The notes below the pieces were generated by a model. The model was given only the letters and a program-made list of their open reading frames with translations. It was not told the origin of the DNA and searched no databases. Position numbers and translations under genes: made by a program. Positions 19,855 to 33,555 of a stretch of 64,000 nt of DNA are shown here, piece after piece. The stretch is taken from NCBI GenBank assembly GCA_009914755.4, contig CP068257.2:30592001-30656000 (forward strand). Direction: 5' to 3'. This stretch comes from the human T2T-CHM13v2.0 reference genome, Homo sapiens. Every line of letters starts with the position of its first letter. Position 1 is the first letter of the stretch.

Positions 19855-20569
19855 AGAAAGGATTTTTACAGCAGCAAGAAGCAGCCTGAGAGCGATTGAA
19901 TTTTCCAATATAAACCTGAATCCACATCAGGAGGAGGGATGATAAGGCTCCATGGCCTGTCACTTTCCAAAGATGCCTGGATATGGCCATTTCGGAAGGT
20001 GAAAGCCAGTGCCTGTTTCCTCATCATATTCTTCTACTGAGTAAAATAGATAATCTTAGGTATAAATATACGTCATTTTTTTCATGGCATTTAATATAAT
20101 TATTTCATTTTGGTTGGGGAAAAAGGTCATAGCCCATAAGTATATTTTCTTCATCTGAATTAGACTGTACTTAAAAAAAAAAGAAAAAGTTTTTGAGTGC
20201 TGGAGCACAGCAAAAATGTCTCTGCTCCCTGTTTGTAAAATGGTCACTCTGTGATTAAAAGCCTCCTTCTAAATGTGACTTCTTGTCTGTATTCTTGAAT
20301 GTAGACAGTATTTAGCCAGTGAATCATTAGTCATTTTTTTCCCCACAAATATGATTGAGCACCTGCTATGTGGAAGGTCCTGTGCTGGGCTTATCAAAAA
20401 GAATGTCCCTATCCCTGCCCTCCAGAAGCTCCCAGTGTTGTGGGACTCTGATGGATGGACAGGGGTAGTGAAGACTCAGACATGGTGGGGCCATGTCGAA
20501 CTGGTAATGTTTTAAAACACTTCTTTCAGCAAAAGTGTAGCCAGACTCCTAACAAGTGAGTGAACTATT

Positions 20570-22100
20570 TATCTACCTCCCCAAGACAGTGTGGTACTGG
20601 CAGAACAAAAGAGAGCACCTGGAAACAGACCCACACAGACAGAACCAACTGATTCTTGACAAAGGTGAAAAGCGATTCACTGGAAGAAGGATGGCTTTCC
20701 AACAAACGGTGTGGACTTATTGGACATCCAGAGGCAAAATAAATAAACTTCAGCAGAAACCTCACACCTTATTAAAAAAAATTCAAAATAGATCACAAAC
20801 CTAAATGAAAAACGTTAAACGTTTTAGAAGCAAACACAGGAGAAAATCTTTGTAATCTGGGATTAGGCAAAGAGTTCGTAGATATGACACCAAAAAAGAT
20901 AAAGTTGCTAAATTGGACTTTATCAAAATCAAAAACTTGCTCAGTGAAAAGTTAAGAGAATAAAAAATCAAGCTACAGACTGGGAGATAATATTTTTTAA
21001 ATACCTAAAAAAAGAGTTGGATCTAGAATATAAAAAGAACTACCAAAGTGCAGCAGTAAGAAAATCAGACAACCCAGTTTTTAAAAAATGGTCAAAACAC
21101 TAGAATAGGTGTGTTACCAAATGGTATATATATGTGACAAGCATATGAAAAAGATGTTTATCATAGTCATTAGGCAGATGCAAATGAAAATGATCATGAA
21201 GCACCACTGTACACCTAAAACCTGACAGTAACAAGTGCCGGTGAGGATGCAGAGAAACTGGAACATCTAAACATTTCTTATAAAGTTAAACACAGACTTA
21301 CCATATGACCCAGCAATCCTACTCACAGGGGTTTACCCAAGAGAAATGTGAGCCTGTGTCCACTCAAAAATTTGTATGCAGATACTTATTAGAAGTTTTA
21401 TTCACGACAAGGCCAGGCGCGGTGGCTCACACCTGTAATCCCAGCACTTTGGGAGGCCAAGGCAGGCAGATTACCTGAGGTCAGAAGTTCGAGACTAGCC
21501 TGGCTAACATGATGAAACCCTGTCTCTACTAAAAATACAAGAATTAGCCAGTGAGCCGCAATGAACTGCAGTGAGCCGAGATCGTGCCACAGCACTCCAG
21601 CCTGGGCGACACAGCGAGACCCCGACTCAAAAAAATAAAAATAAAAAAGAAGAAGAAGTCATAACACTATAAAACTGGAAACCACCCAGATGTCCATCAT
21701 CAGTGGGTTAACAAATTGTAATACATCCATACAATGGATAACCAGCAGCAATAAAAAGGTACGACCTAGTGATTCCTGCAATAACATGGATGATCTGAAA
21801 AGCATTCTGCTAAGTGAAGGAAAGTCAGACACAAAAGACTACATACAGTATGATTTCCTTCATATAATATTCTAGAAAAGGAAAAACCATAGCGACAGAA
21901 GAAAGCACAGTGGATTGCGCGGGGCCAGGGCTGGGGAGGAAATTGACTCCAAAAGGGCACACGGGAATTTTTTTTTTTTAGGTGCTGTAAATATGCTACA
22001 TTATAATTGTGAGGTGGTTACATGAGGGTGTATATGTGTCAAACTCATCAAATTGTACATTTCATTTTTTACTAATTTGATCCTTTGTAAAATATGCCAC
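20570..22100 (+). mobile_element. Ancient LINE-1 (L1M-like) ORF2 C-terminal region and 3' end, split by an Alu.
   Basis: Translation resembles the L1 ORF2 C-terminus (TVWYWQNKR..E.DP......LD.GEKRF...; ...MQMKMIMK.HCTPKT.Q..SAGEDAEKLEHL...). Confidence 0.65.
21411..21655 (+). mobile_element. Alu (plus) with an internal deletion of about 70 bp.
   Basis: The left monomer is intact. The junction 'attagccag|tgagccgcaatgaactgcagtgagccgagatc' skips the start of the right monomer. Confidence 0.85.
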
Positions 22101-22119
22101 AAAAAGCTGACTTTTACTA

Positions 22120-22497
<378 letters not shown>

Positions 22498-23513
22498 TTA
22501 TATAGAAGATATCAAAATATGGTAACTATAAAGCAACCATATTTTAAAAGTATGCTCCTGGTACAGCAATAGACAAATGGATCTCTTGACATAAAATAAA
22601 GTCCAAAAACAGAGCAATGTACATATTCAGTAAACACTTTAGGCAGCAATTTAAATTTGCAGGAAAAAATGGACTGTTCACAATTCAATAAATGGAGTTG
22701 AAATCTGGATTTCATTTGGAAAAAGAATTGTTAGTTCCATAATGCACATCGTTCTCAACAATAAAACCTTAATTGATTAATTGATCATTGACTTACTTGT
22801 GAAGGCTCACGCCATTGATTTCATGATCCTATTTAATGTCTGGAAGACCACCTCCTGGATTATGGTAGGCAGGACCCTACAATAAATTAAAAGAATGCTC
22901 CTGAACACCCAAACTGATGGTGTCACTTCTGCCTTCTAGCGGGCATCAGTCATCGCACTGGGAAGATAAATACCTGAAGTGTTCCCTTCCGCCTACACAG
23001 ATAAAGCAGAGAGAATGGAAACCCTGAAATGTCAACATCCCTGCTCGCTCTTCCAAGATGCCGAAATAGATATGTGATCGTGTGTGAAGCTGAGCCCTTT
23101 AATGTTACTTAGATGTCCAACAGAGGGACGAAGAGTCAAAATTCTCTGCATTATAAGAGGAATTCAGGAGAAGCACCTTCCAGGAGGGAAGGCTCTAGCA
23201 ACACCAGAGGAAGCTGCAGCTGGGAAGGAGGCAGCCAGGGAACAGTTCTTGGTGGCAGGGCCAAAGGACTTCCAAGACAAGGAGGCCAATGGCTAATACT
23301 CAAGGTTAAGCCATCAGTGTCAAGCAGTGTGAGCCCACCCTCTGTCCTTCCAAACCTTCAGTAAAGACCTAACACCTGACTATGCTGGGTGAGTTGTTCT
23401 GGGGTAAGTGGCAGTTTTGTGGGAAAGCTTTTCTTCCTATTCCTGATCTTTCCTTCTATGAGTCAGGACATCCATTCACCTGACACTCAGCCTCCCTCTG
23501 CCCCTGGACACCT

Positions 23514-23935
23514 GTGTTAGGCCATTCTTGCATTGTTATAAAGAAATACCTGAGACTGGGTAATTTGTAAAGAAAAGAGGTTTAATTGGCTCACGGTTCT
23601 GCAGGCTGTACAGGAAACGTGATGCTGGCATCTGCTCGGCTTCTGGAGTGGCCTCAGGAAGCTCAGAATCATGTTAGAAGGCAAAGGGGAAGCAGGCACA
23701 GGCCCAGAGCAGGAGCAAGAGATGGAGGGGTAGGTGCTACACCCTTTTAAACAAGCAGATCTCACAAACGGACTCGCTCTGGTGAGGACAGTATCGAGGG
23801 GATGGTGCCAAACTATTCATGAGAAATCCGCCCCATCATCAAATCACCTCCCGCCAGGCTCTACCTCCAACACTAGGGATTACATTTCAACAAGAGATTT
23901 GGGCAGAGACATGTGTACAAACTCTACCACCACCC
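23514..23935 (-). mobile_element. MaLR solo LTR (THE1/MST-like), minus orientation.
   Basis: Reverse complement of the THE1-like consensus ('gttaggccattcttgcattgttataaagaaatacctgagactgggtaatttgtaaagaaaagaggtttaattggctcacggttctgcaggct...'). Confidence 0.7.
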
Positions 23936-26089
23936 CTCATTTGCTGGAAAGAGAAGCTGGGCCAGCAGAGCTCAGCTGCTGCTCCTGCTTGTCTTTCAGA
24001 ACCAGCCAGGTGTAGACCTGGGACTGCACACGCCCTTCGGTACGCCCCTTCTTCCCTGGCCTCTGAGTCTCTGGTTTCTGTTAGGAAACCCACTACTGTG
24101 CCTCCGAGGCACATTCTCCTCTCCTTTTGTCTTGGTTTAGGAGTCTGGCAGGGGGGAGAGGGTATGATTTATGGAGCCCCTCAAATCTCAAGAAGAGGTT
24201 CCATGTGTAAAGGAAAAGCCCCAAGATTCATCCAAGCACCCAGGAAACTGAGGACACAGTGTCCTTGTGGGAACTCCCTGAGAAATTTTCATTCCAGAAC
24301 TCAGAGTTGAGGGCATCTTCCTTCTCTTTATCTTATCCGACTCTTGTCCTAAATCCTTCACTTTGTCACTGGAGTCCTGACAGACCCTTTCCAGCGCCTT
24401 CTCTTTCAGTCACTGGCCTTCAGAATCTCAAGAGCAGCAATCCCAGCTCTGCCAAGCCCCCAGCAGTGTCTGCCAGAGCGGGAGCTGGGGCAGACAAGCT
24501 GATGATGGAGGGAAATGAACAGAAACGGCTTTTCTCTGAGACTTCTCTCCAAAATATGTGCTGCTTTGGCTCTGAAGGGCGGAACTTTATTTTATTTTAT
24601 TGTCAGAAGAAAAAGAGACGAGTTGCTTCTGACCAAAAAAAATTCAGTCAGTCATAGATGATGCCTGGCTCCAACCCAAACGCAGATTATGGGAAACACT
24701 CCATTTTGAGCAAGCATGAAGGCTTTCCCAGCAACTCTCGTCAACACCAATTATTTACCCTTCACTTTGGCGCTCTGTCCTTAACCAAGGCAAGATTTAG
24801 AATCACTGAATCATGGGATCATTGGGCCCACTTGCCTCTACCTACCCACCCCATTTCATCCATGAGAAACTGACCCAAACGATGACATCTCTTACCTACT
24901 TGGTAAGCAGTGGCATGATCTGGACCAGGATCCCAAACTCTGGAGTCTCAAGTCTACACTCATCCCGTGGCTCAGGATTTGTTTCACAGCTCCAGGCATC
25001 ATCTCCCTTGGGGAAAAGGAGTTCCTTAGTGGCAGAGAGCTAGTGCTTTGCAGAGAGAAGAAAAGAGTACCAAAATTTGAAGAGAGCCTGCCATGTTCCT
25101 GTTGCAAGGCTAGTGACATGGCTAGAGTGGACCCCTTTGGGAATGTCTTCCTAACAAGCCTGTCAGTTGGAGGACATTGTTTTGGGCTGAATTGTGGGCC
25201 ACAAAAAATTCATATGTTAAAGTCCTAACCCCTGGATCTCCTGAGGTAACCATATTCGGATGTAGGGTTATGAAAGAGGTAATTAAGTTAAAATGAGGCC
25301 GTTAGGGTAGGCCTTAATCTGACCACAGTCCTCATAAAAAGAGGAGATTAGGACATAGACCCATACATGGAGGAAAAATGTGTGAAGACACAGGGAGAAA
25401 GTGGCCACCCGCAAGCCAAGGAGAGAGGCCTCAGAAGAAACCAACTCTGCCCGCACCTCGATCTTGGACTTCCAAGCTACACGGCTGTGTCTAAACAAAG
25501 CCCAGTTGTTTCAGCCCCTCAATCTGTGGTATCTTGTTGGGGCAGCCCGGAAGATTCATATAGGCACCCAGTCCCCATCCTACTCAGGCTTCCAGGCTGG
25601 GAGCCTGCCCCTCTGGCCAGAGCCAACTGAACCAAACAGACTCTATGTGAAGAGCTGGAACTGAGAGTGGCACAGAGATCGCTGCATGGAAGAGCTTTGT
25701 TAGTGGAGACTTTGGGGTGAAGATACCCCCTCCTTGCTGCTGAGAGCCCCAGAACGGCTCTGGTCTTCTCTGTCCTCCCTGTGGCTCCCAGGCTACACTT
25801 CCTGGTAAAATCCAGGAGAGACCCCAACACCCTTCCAAGAAATTCCCTTTCTTGGTTATGTTTGAAGTGGGTTTTGTTACTTGCAACCCAAAAGACTTTA
25901 GCCGTGACATTGACATGTGTCACCTCATACAGTGTAATTTCTCCCTGAGATATTACTGCCCCATCTTACAGACCAAGGAACTGAGATTCAAGGATATTAA
26001 GCAGCCAGTCCAAGGTCACAAAATGGTAGAACTATAGGGATCTGCACTCAAGCTTCTTCCTCTCTCCACACTGTCCTGGATGCTACACT

Positions 26090-26165
26090 TCTTCCTTATC
26101 CCCCTGAGCGCTCAGCTAGGAGTCAGACATATGGTAGGTGCTCAATAAAAGCTTGTTAAATGGAA
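26090..26165 (+). mobile_element. MIR 3'-end remnant (weak).
   Basis: 'atatggtaggtgctcaataaaagcttgttaaatggaatag' resembles the MIR tail 'catagtaggtgctcaataaatgtttgttgaatgaatg'. Confidence 0.4.
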
Positions 26166-27260
26166 TAGAGCCCACAGGCATATGTTCCATCTTTAGACTA
26201 AAACATAGATAAATACGCTGCCTGTTCACACAGTCGGAGCCACAGGTAAACAAAACCAGTGTCGGGAATTCATTCGTCTCGCTACCCTTCTCTATTCAGA
26301 CCTAATGAGGCCAGAGAGCTTAACCCAGGCTTTCAGTGGAACCCTTGCTTCACTCAGTAACACCAAGATAGTCTGGTCTCATTGAATTCACAAATTCCCT
26401 CTAACTCTTCCCATCTGTTCCATGTTTATTTAACCTGCAGACCAGGGCAGCTACTTCCCCAGCGGAACTTCATAGTCTCCAGAAAGAAAGATCTGAACTT
26501 CCTTCCCTCCCCCTTTTGTCTTGTAGCAAAAGGACATAAACCACCCTTTGTTAGGAACAGTAAACTTGCCTTTTTTTCAAGGCTTAGGGCTTTGCAGGAA
26601 GCAAGTAGCTGGGGAGAAAAATGAAGAAAGGGCTCCACTGGCAAGGGCTTTCAGGGTATTTTTCTCTTCTTTATAAAAATGAAATTACTTTTCCCCTGTT
26701 GCTTTGGAAAGGCCCCAAAATAAACCTAAGAGCACTTGCATAGCTGTCATTAAACTTCCCAGGCTGATCGAGACTCTGAGGCTCCCTGGCAGAGAAAGAT
26801 GGTTGATCTGGCCCTGCCATCTTGTATTTCAACGTGGATGCTTCAAGCTCGGGAGGGGGCCCTGGCCTCTTAGTGCAGCATCACAGAGCAATGAGAGAGC
26901 AATGCGTTATTCTCTGACATCTTACAGACTAGAGGAGTGAGTGTGGGGGTGCTTTTCCCCACCATGAAACCCTCCATGCGGGGCCCTCAGTCGAGACATG
27001 CAGCCTGTGCCTCCTTGTCTTCCACCCTCTAACAGGCTGCCCGGGCGGGGAAAGACAGCACAGGTGCAGTGAGCATGCCGCGCAGGCACTCATCCACACT
27101 GTTTGTGTTTCTATTATACATAGCCATAATTAACCATGAAGACTTCTGGGAGGAGCCATGGATTCCAGCCTCAGCAGGGGAAAAAACACACCAAAATTAT
27201 ATTCCAGAATTAGAGCCACTGACGTTTACGTGGCAATTTACAAAGTAATTTTTATGGGGC

Positions 27261-27592
27261 TGTGTTAGTCCATTTTGTGTTGCTATAAAGGAATACTCGA
27301 GGCTGAGTAACACATAAAGAAAAGAGACGTGGCACCGGCATCTGCTTCCGGTCAGAACCTCAGGAAGCTTCCACACATAGGGGAAGGGGAGGAAGGGCGA
27401 GAGGGAGCTCTTTTAAACAACCAGCTCTCCAGTGAACTAATAGAGCTGAAAACTCAGTATCATGGGGAGGGCACCGAGTCATTCATGAGGGATCCGCCCC
27501 CATGGCCTAAACACCTCCCCCAGCCCCCACTTCCAACATCGGGGGTCACATAGCAACATGAGCTTTGCAGGGGACAAACATCCAAAATATAT
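27261..27592 (-). mobile_element. MaLR solo LTR (THE1/MST-like), minus orientation.
   Basis: 'tgtgttagtccattttgtgttgctataaaggaatactcgaggctgagtaac ... tccaaaatatatca'. The end is the reverse complement of 'tgatatgg...'. Confidence 0.7.
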
Positions 27593-28519
27593 CAGGGTGT
27601 TTTCATGGAAGCCTCTCAACCACTCTGTGAGGGAGGAATTCTTGGCACTCCCATTTCACAGAGGAGAAAACCGAGGCTTAGGACACAGCTGCCTCCTGAG
27701 AGAAAGGAGCAGCCAGAAACAGAAGTGCTATCTCCTAAGCTGGGACTCGACTTTCCTTCCCGTGGCACTATGCCCAGCCCACGAGCCAGCCAGCAGTGTG
27801 GGTGTCACCAGCCCCCAACATCTGAACCTAGTTCAACCCTGATTCTTGCCCCTTTTTTTTTCCAAATTGGAAATCTTGATATTAGATTTTTCCTAATTAT
27901 AAAAGACGCACTTCTAAAAGAGATTTTAAATAATACAGAAATTCTATACTAACCAACTCTCCCTGTCCCAATTAAAAAATAAAACCCTAAAGATAATCAG
28001 TTATCTTTATAGATATGTAGATGTAATCAGCAATTTCCATTTTCCCTTTTGAGCAGCTGGGATCCCAGCAAGGTCACCCTCACACTCATGATCAGATTGC
28101 CAGGACTCTGAGCCCCAATCCACGTGACTATGGGACCTCACATCCCTCTCCCATCCCCAGGTTGTTTCTCAGTTCCCAAAGGGCTTGAATACTGGCTGTC
28201 CCCTACAGCTTATGGGGCAGCTGCCTCCACTTTCTTCTCCAGCTCTGACTCCCTAGGCTGTCCTGAGGAACTCTCAGACCTTCCAGAAGGAGCCTTGCTT
28301 CTCATAGGTGGATTGGACAGATGTGTGTAAAATCTCATTTCTGTGTAGCCATCTAGACGCCCTTGGCCAGGCCACTCTGGCAAAACCCTTGGACAGCACC
28401 CATCCCTCCTCTCACCTATTTCCCAGCATGAGAAAGCCCAATAGAATCATGAGCCCTGGATGTGGCAGAGGGGAAGGAGGGCTTTTAAACAGATTTCTTG
28501 AAGGCTGTCTCTTAACAGG

Positions 28520-28895
28520 TGATATGGTTTGGCTGTGCCCCCACCCAAACCTCACTTGAATTGTAGTTCCCATAATCCCTACATGTGGCGGAAGGGATCC
28601 AGTGGGAGGCAATTGAATCATGGGGATGGTTACCTCCATGCTATTCTCATAATAGAGTGAGTTCTCATGAGATCTGATGGTTTTATAATGGGCTTCCCCT
28701 TTTGCTTGGCTCTCATTCTTCTCCTTCCTGCCACCATGTGAAGAAGGACCTGTTTGCTTCCCCTTCTGCCATGATTCTAAGTTTCCTGAGGCCTCCCCAG
28801 CCCTGAAGAACTACGAGTCAATTAAACCTTTTTCCTCTATAATTTACCCAGTCTTGGGCAGTTCTTTATAGCAGCATGTGAACAGACTAATACAA
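28520..28895 (+). mobile_element. MaLR THE1-like solo LTR, plus orientation.
   Basis: 'tgatatggtttggctgtgcccccacccaaacctcacttgaattgtagttcccataatccc ... tataatttacccagtcttgggcagttctttatagcagcatgtgaacagactaatacaa'. Confidence 0.75.
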
Positions 28896-28989
28896 CAGGT
28901 AACACAAAAATCTCAGTGATTCTTTCTCTCACCTGCATGAAAGCAGCCTTGAGAAAACAGTATTTTGGGAGGATTTTTGTGGCTCTTAA

Positions 28990-29110
28990 ATGTACCAATT
29001 CAATACCCAGTCTCTCTCTCTCTCTTTCCTTTTCTCTCTCTCCTTCCCTCTCCCACCTCCCAGCTCTCTATCTCTGATTATCTCTTCCTTTCTCCCACAC
29101 TCTCCCTCTT
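28990..29110. repeat. Pyrimidine-rich (CT)n / CT-rich low-complexity tract.
   Basis: 'tctctctctctctctttccttttctctctctccttccctctcccacctcccagctctctatctctg...'. Confidence 0.7.
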
Positions 29111-29659
29111 CAGGTTGGCTAACCCCAAATCCTTAAATCGCTAACCACTCCTTCTCTTAAGAAACTATCATGTATCCCTCCCCCACCACCCAAGCACCCC
29201 ATGCCAGCGTCTAGGAAGCTCAGATAGGGGTGTGACCTTTAACCCTGTCAGCCCCCAAAGAGAACTTGTGCATATCTCTTCTTGAACTTGTCATTTAAGA
29301 GAATGAACCCAAATAAAATATGTCCCTCCCTCTATGATTTGTCAACAATGAAAAGATGAATCACCAAACAAAAATACAAACTTCATATTTGAAGGCAACC
29401 AAAAAGTTAGATATTTACTCCAAACTAATGTCTTTTGCCAGGCTCTAATTACCGAAGGTGGGAGACTGTCTAAGAGCACAGGGTAATGTCTCTCAGAAAC
29501 ATTTATGCACTTGTGTTTATGGTCCATAATATAATTCTGTCTCTCATATTGATCAGATGCTACAGTCCTCTCTTTGGACTGTAGTAGCAACTAAAAGTCC
29601 ATCTTACAAGCAGCACTCCTCTTCTTCCAGATTTTCATCAGTATAGTTTTAGAAAATTT

Positions 29660-29868
29660 CCAGCCTAGGCAACATAGCAAGACCCTGTCTCTACAAAAAG
29701 AAAATGAAAAATTATCTGGGCATAGTGGCATGTGCCTGTAGTCCCAGCTACTCAGAAGGGTGAGGCCAAAGGATCACTTGAGCCCACAAGTTTGACACTG
29801 CAGTGAACTAAGATTACACCACTGCACTCCAGTCTGGGCAACAAAGTGAGATCCTGTCTCAAAAAAAG
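29660..29868 (+). mobile_element. Alu (plus), 5'-truncated. Its poly(A) tail grades into a long purine microsatellite.
   Basis: 'cagcctaggcaacatagcaagaccctgtctctacaaaaag ... gcactccagtctgggcaacaaagtgagatcctgtctcaaaaaaagg'. Confidence 0.75.
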
Positions 29869-30125
29869 GAAGAGGAGGAGAAGAAGAAGAAGAAGAAGAA
29901 GGAGGAGGAGGAGGAGGAGGAGGAGGAGGAGGAAGAGAGAAGAGGAGGAGGAAAAGAAAGAGTAAGGAAAGAAGGAAGGAAGGAAAGAATGAATGAAGGC
30001 AGGCAGGCAGGCAGGGAGGGAGGGGAGAGGAAGAGAGAAGAAAGAAGGAGAAGAAAAGAAGAAGAAGAAGGAAGAGGAGGAGGAGGAAGGGGAGAGGAGG
30101 AGGAAAAAGAAGAAGACATGTATGT
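29868..30125. repeat. About 255-bp near-pure purine (GAA)n/(GGA)n/(GGAA)n/(GGCA)n compound microsatellite. All purines are on the plus strand.
   Basis: 'gaggaggagaagaagaagaagaagaagaaggaggaggaggaggagg...aaggaaggaaggaaag...ggcaggcaggcaggcagggagggagg...'. Confidence 0.9.
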
Positions 30126-31608
30126 ATTAGTACATTTACTTGATCAGCATTGGATAACTGCAAGGGAGATATCTACAGCAAAGCAAAAATATATTTTTTA
30201 ATGTAGCATTTATTCATCTCTGCTTCTGAAGAATGAGTGTACTCTCATCCCCTAGGCTCCAGCATACCCGCTGTCAGAAGTATCCCTTCCTTTCTCCCTC
30301 ACTTAACTAAGTTGACCCCCTACCACACTGAGTTCAAGTTTGGGGGCCTGACCAGGAAAGAAATATATGTCAGCTTTACAATGTGCCTTTCAGAAAACTC
30401 AAGTGTTGTCTTTATAAATTTAGATGTATCTGTTTTTTTCTAACCCAAGATTTCTTCCTTCATGGGTGAGAATACAAACGATTTTGTTTAGGGATCCCAG
30501 AGAATGACTGTGAAATTTCTGCATCGTTGGCAGACAGGTGGTGCAGAGATCTCCCACTTCGGGGTCTGATGCTACTCACTCGTCCATTTGGTGAGTGCAC
30601 AGTGAGCATCTACTCTATGCCCAGATCCCTCCTAGGCTTAGAGAACTAAGGAAGGAGCTGCCCTTGGGACCTCTCCAGCTAGGAAAGGATGGAGGGATGG
30701 GATGTGCTTTAGGGGAGCTGTGCTCGGGACTTCTCCACCTGGGCGAGGACGGAAGGGTGGGATGCGCTTTAGGGGGCCACTCCATAGAACACCATGCAGA
30801 TGGTGCCCCCCCGCACGACCCCCAGCATCAGAGTTGTGCACTGATGGCCTGCAGATGAGCAGGGGAGGGAAGGAAGGCTCTATGCCGCTTTGCGTGTGGT
30901 CAGAGGCATTTCTCCCAATGCTTCTGCATCCTATTGGTGAGTGACAGGTACACAGCGGGCATGCGCAGTTTCCAGCTGAGGATTGTCCCTTTGGAGCTCA
31001 TTTGGCCTGCAAGCTTTCCATTCATGTTACCTAATCGCCCTCCCCCCACCCCCCATTAGGCCTGCTCCCAAGGGTGGCTGAAATTCCCAGAATTCATTAT
31101 TAACATATTTTTGTTCTGACTCCACTTTCAACAGCCATTTTTATCTCTGACAGCAAGCTGGCCTCTGTCTCTGGGGCTGGACAGCATCATGCCCAGATCA
31201 CTCCATTTTCAGAGCAGGCTTTAGCAGACTCCTGGCTGATGGGAGCCCCAGGGAGGGGAGCGGGAGAGTGAGCGACCTGCCCCCACTGCAATCACACAGC
31301 AAGGGTTACTTCCCCCTCCACCAAGTGGGACCCTTTGCAAAGCCTTTGCTCCCTCTGCCTTTGGGTTGTCATAATTCAGAAGGCAGGCTGCTATCTGATT
31401 AGCCCAAAACGCTCCTAGAAGCTTCTCCCCAAAAGCACCCATTCAAGCACCACAGCTTCCAAATTACTCAACATTCAATTGGTTCATAAAAATTTGTATT
31501 CCTGGAGAAAGTCAAAAAATTGGAAATAGTTTTAGTTGATTTAATAGAGTTTTTTTTAAACAGCATTTTGAAAAAAAAATCATAAATCCCTATAGAAGTA
31601 AATTGCTG

Positions 31609-32194
<586 letters not shown>

Positions 32195-32852
32195 AGTAAA
32201 CTGCTTTATAACTTTAAATGGTTTTTCACACCTTTACCATATCTAATCCTTTCAGTAAACCAGTTCAAGATTTCATTAATTATGTCTAACTTTTGTCATG
32301 TTGTTATAAATAAGAAAACTAACCAGAGGGAGGTTAAGTAACATGCTTAGGGTTCTATGCTGGGCCGGACCTAGAATCCGTCTCCTCTTTTATTCTCATT
32401 GTATGTTCATTCCACATCTTAATCCGGGCCCAGATTTAACAGCCTCAGTTCTCCCACCAAATTCACACAATCCAGATTCATTCATTATATGGCACAAAGA
32501 TTTCACTAGATGTTCAAAACTACATTGTTTGTAGTACAAAAAAGTCTAGAAACAGCCTAGTACATAACGCCGAGAGTTTGGTTAAGTGAACTATTCAATA
32601 TTGTGAAATATTATGCAGTCATTGAAACAAAGTTGCAAAAGTATATTTGGTGATATATCAAACTATTCATAATATAGTAATATAGAATATGCACAGCAAG
32701 CTGTCCTTTTTATAATTATATGTATAAATAAAATGCATAGGAAATCATGTGGAAGGATATACCCTAAGATATTAATAGTGGTTACTTATGGAGATACTTG
32801 GATTGTAGATACTTTTACTGTCTTCATTTCAGTTTTCTGTAGAATCTTCTAA

Positions 32853-33182
<330 letters not shown>

Positions 33183-33258
33183 ATTCTTGGGTACTTTTTG
33201 AAGTTTCAAAGTTATTTCAGCAGGAAGACCCATCTAGTTAAAGAATAAATGTGTGCTT

Positions 33259-33555
33259 GGCCAGGCGCGGTGGCTCACGCCTGTAATCCCAGCACTTTGG
33301 GAGGCCGAGGAGGGTGGATCACGAGGTCAGTAGATCGAGACCATCCTGGCTAACACGGTGAAACCCCATCTCTACTAAAAATACAGAAAAAATTAGCCAG
33401 GCGTGGCGGTGTGCGCCTGTAGTGCTAGCTACTCGGGAGGTTGAGGCAGGAGAATGGAGTAAACCTGGGACGCAGAGCTTGCAGAGAGCCAAGAACGTGC
33501 CACCGCACTCCAGCCTGGGTGACAGAGCGAGACTCTGTCCCCAAAAAAAAAAAAA
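33259..33555 (+). mobile_element. Alu (plus), full length.
   Basis: 'ggccaggcgcggtggctcacgcc ... gagactctgtccccaaaaaaaaaaaaag'. Confidence 0.9.

Noticed and set aside
23819-24310. 163-aa plus-strand ORF and several overlapping 75-93 aa ORFs.
   Set aside because: It begins inside a MaLR LTR and continues through moderately GC-rich unique DNA. The composition is proline- and serine-rich and low-complexity. There is no support for coding.
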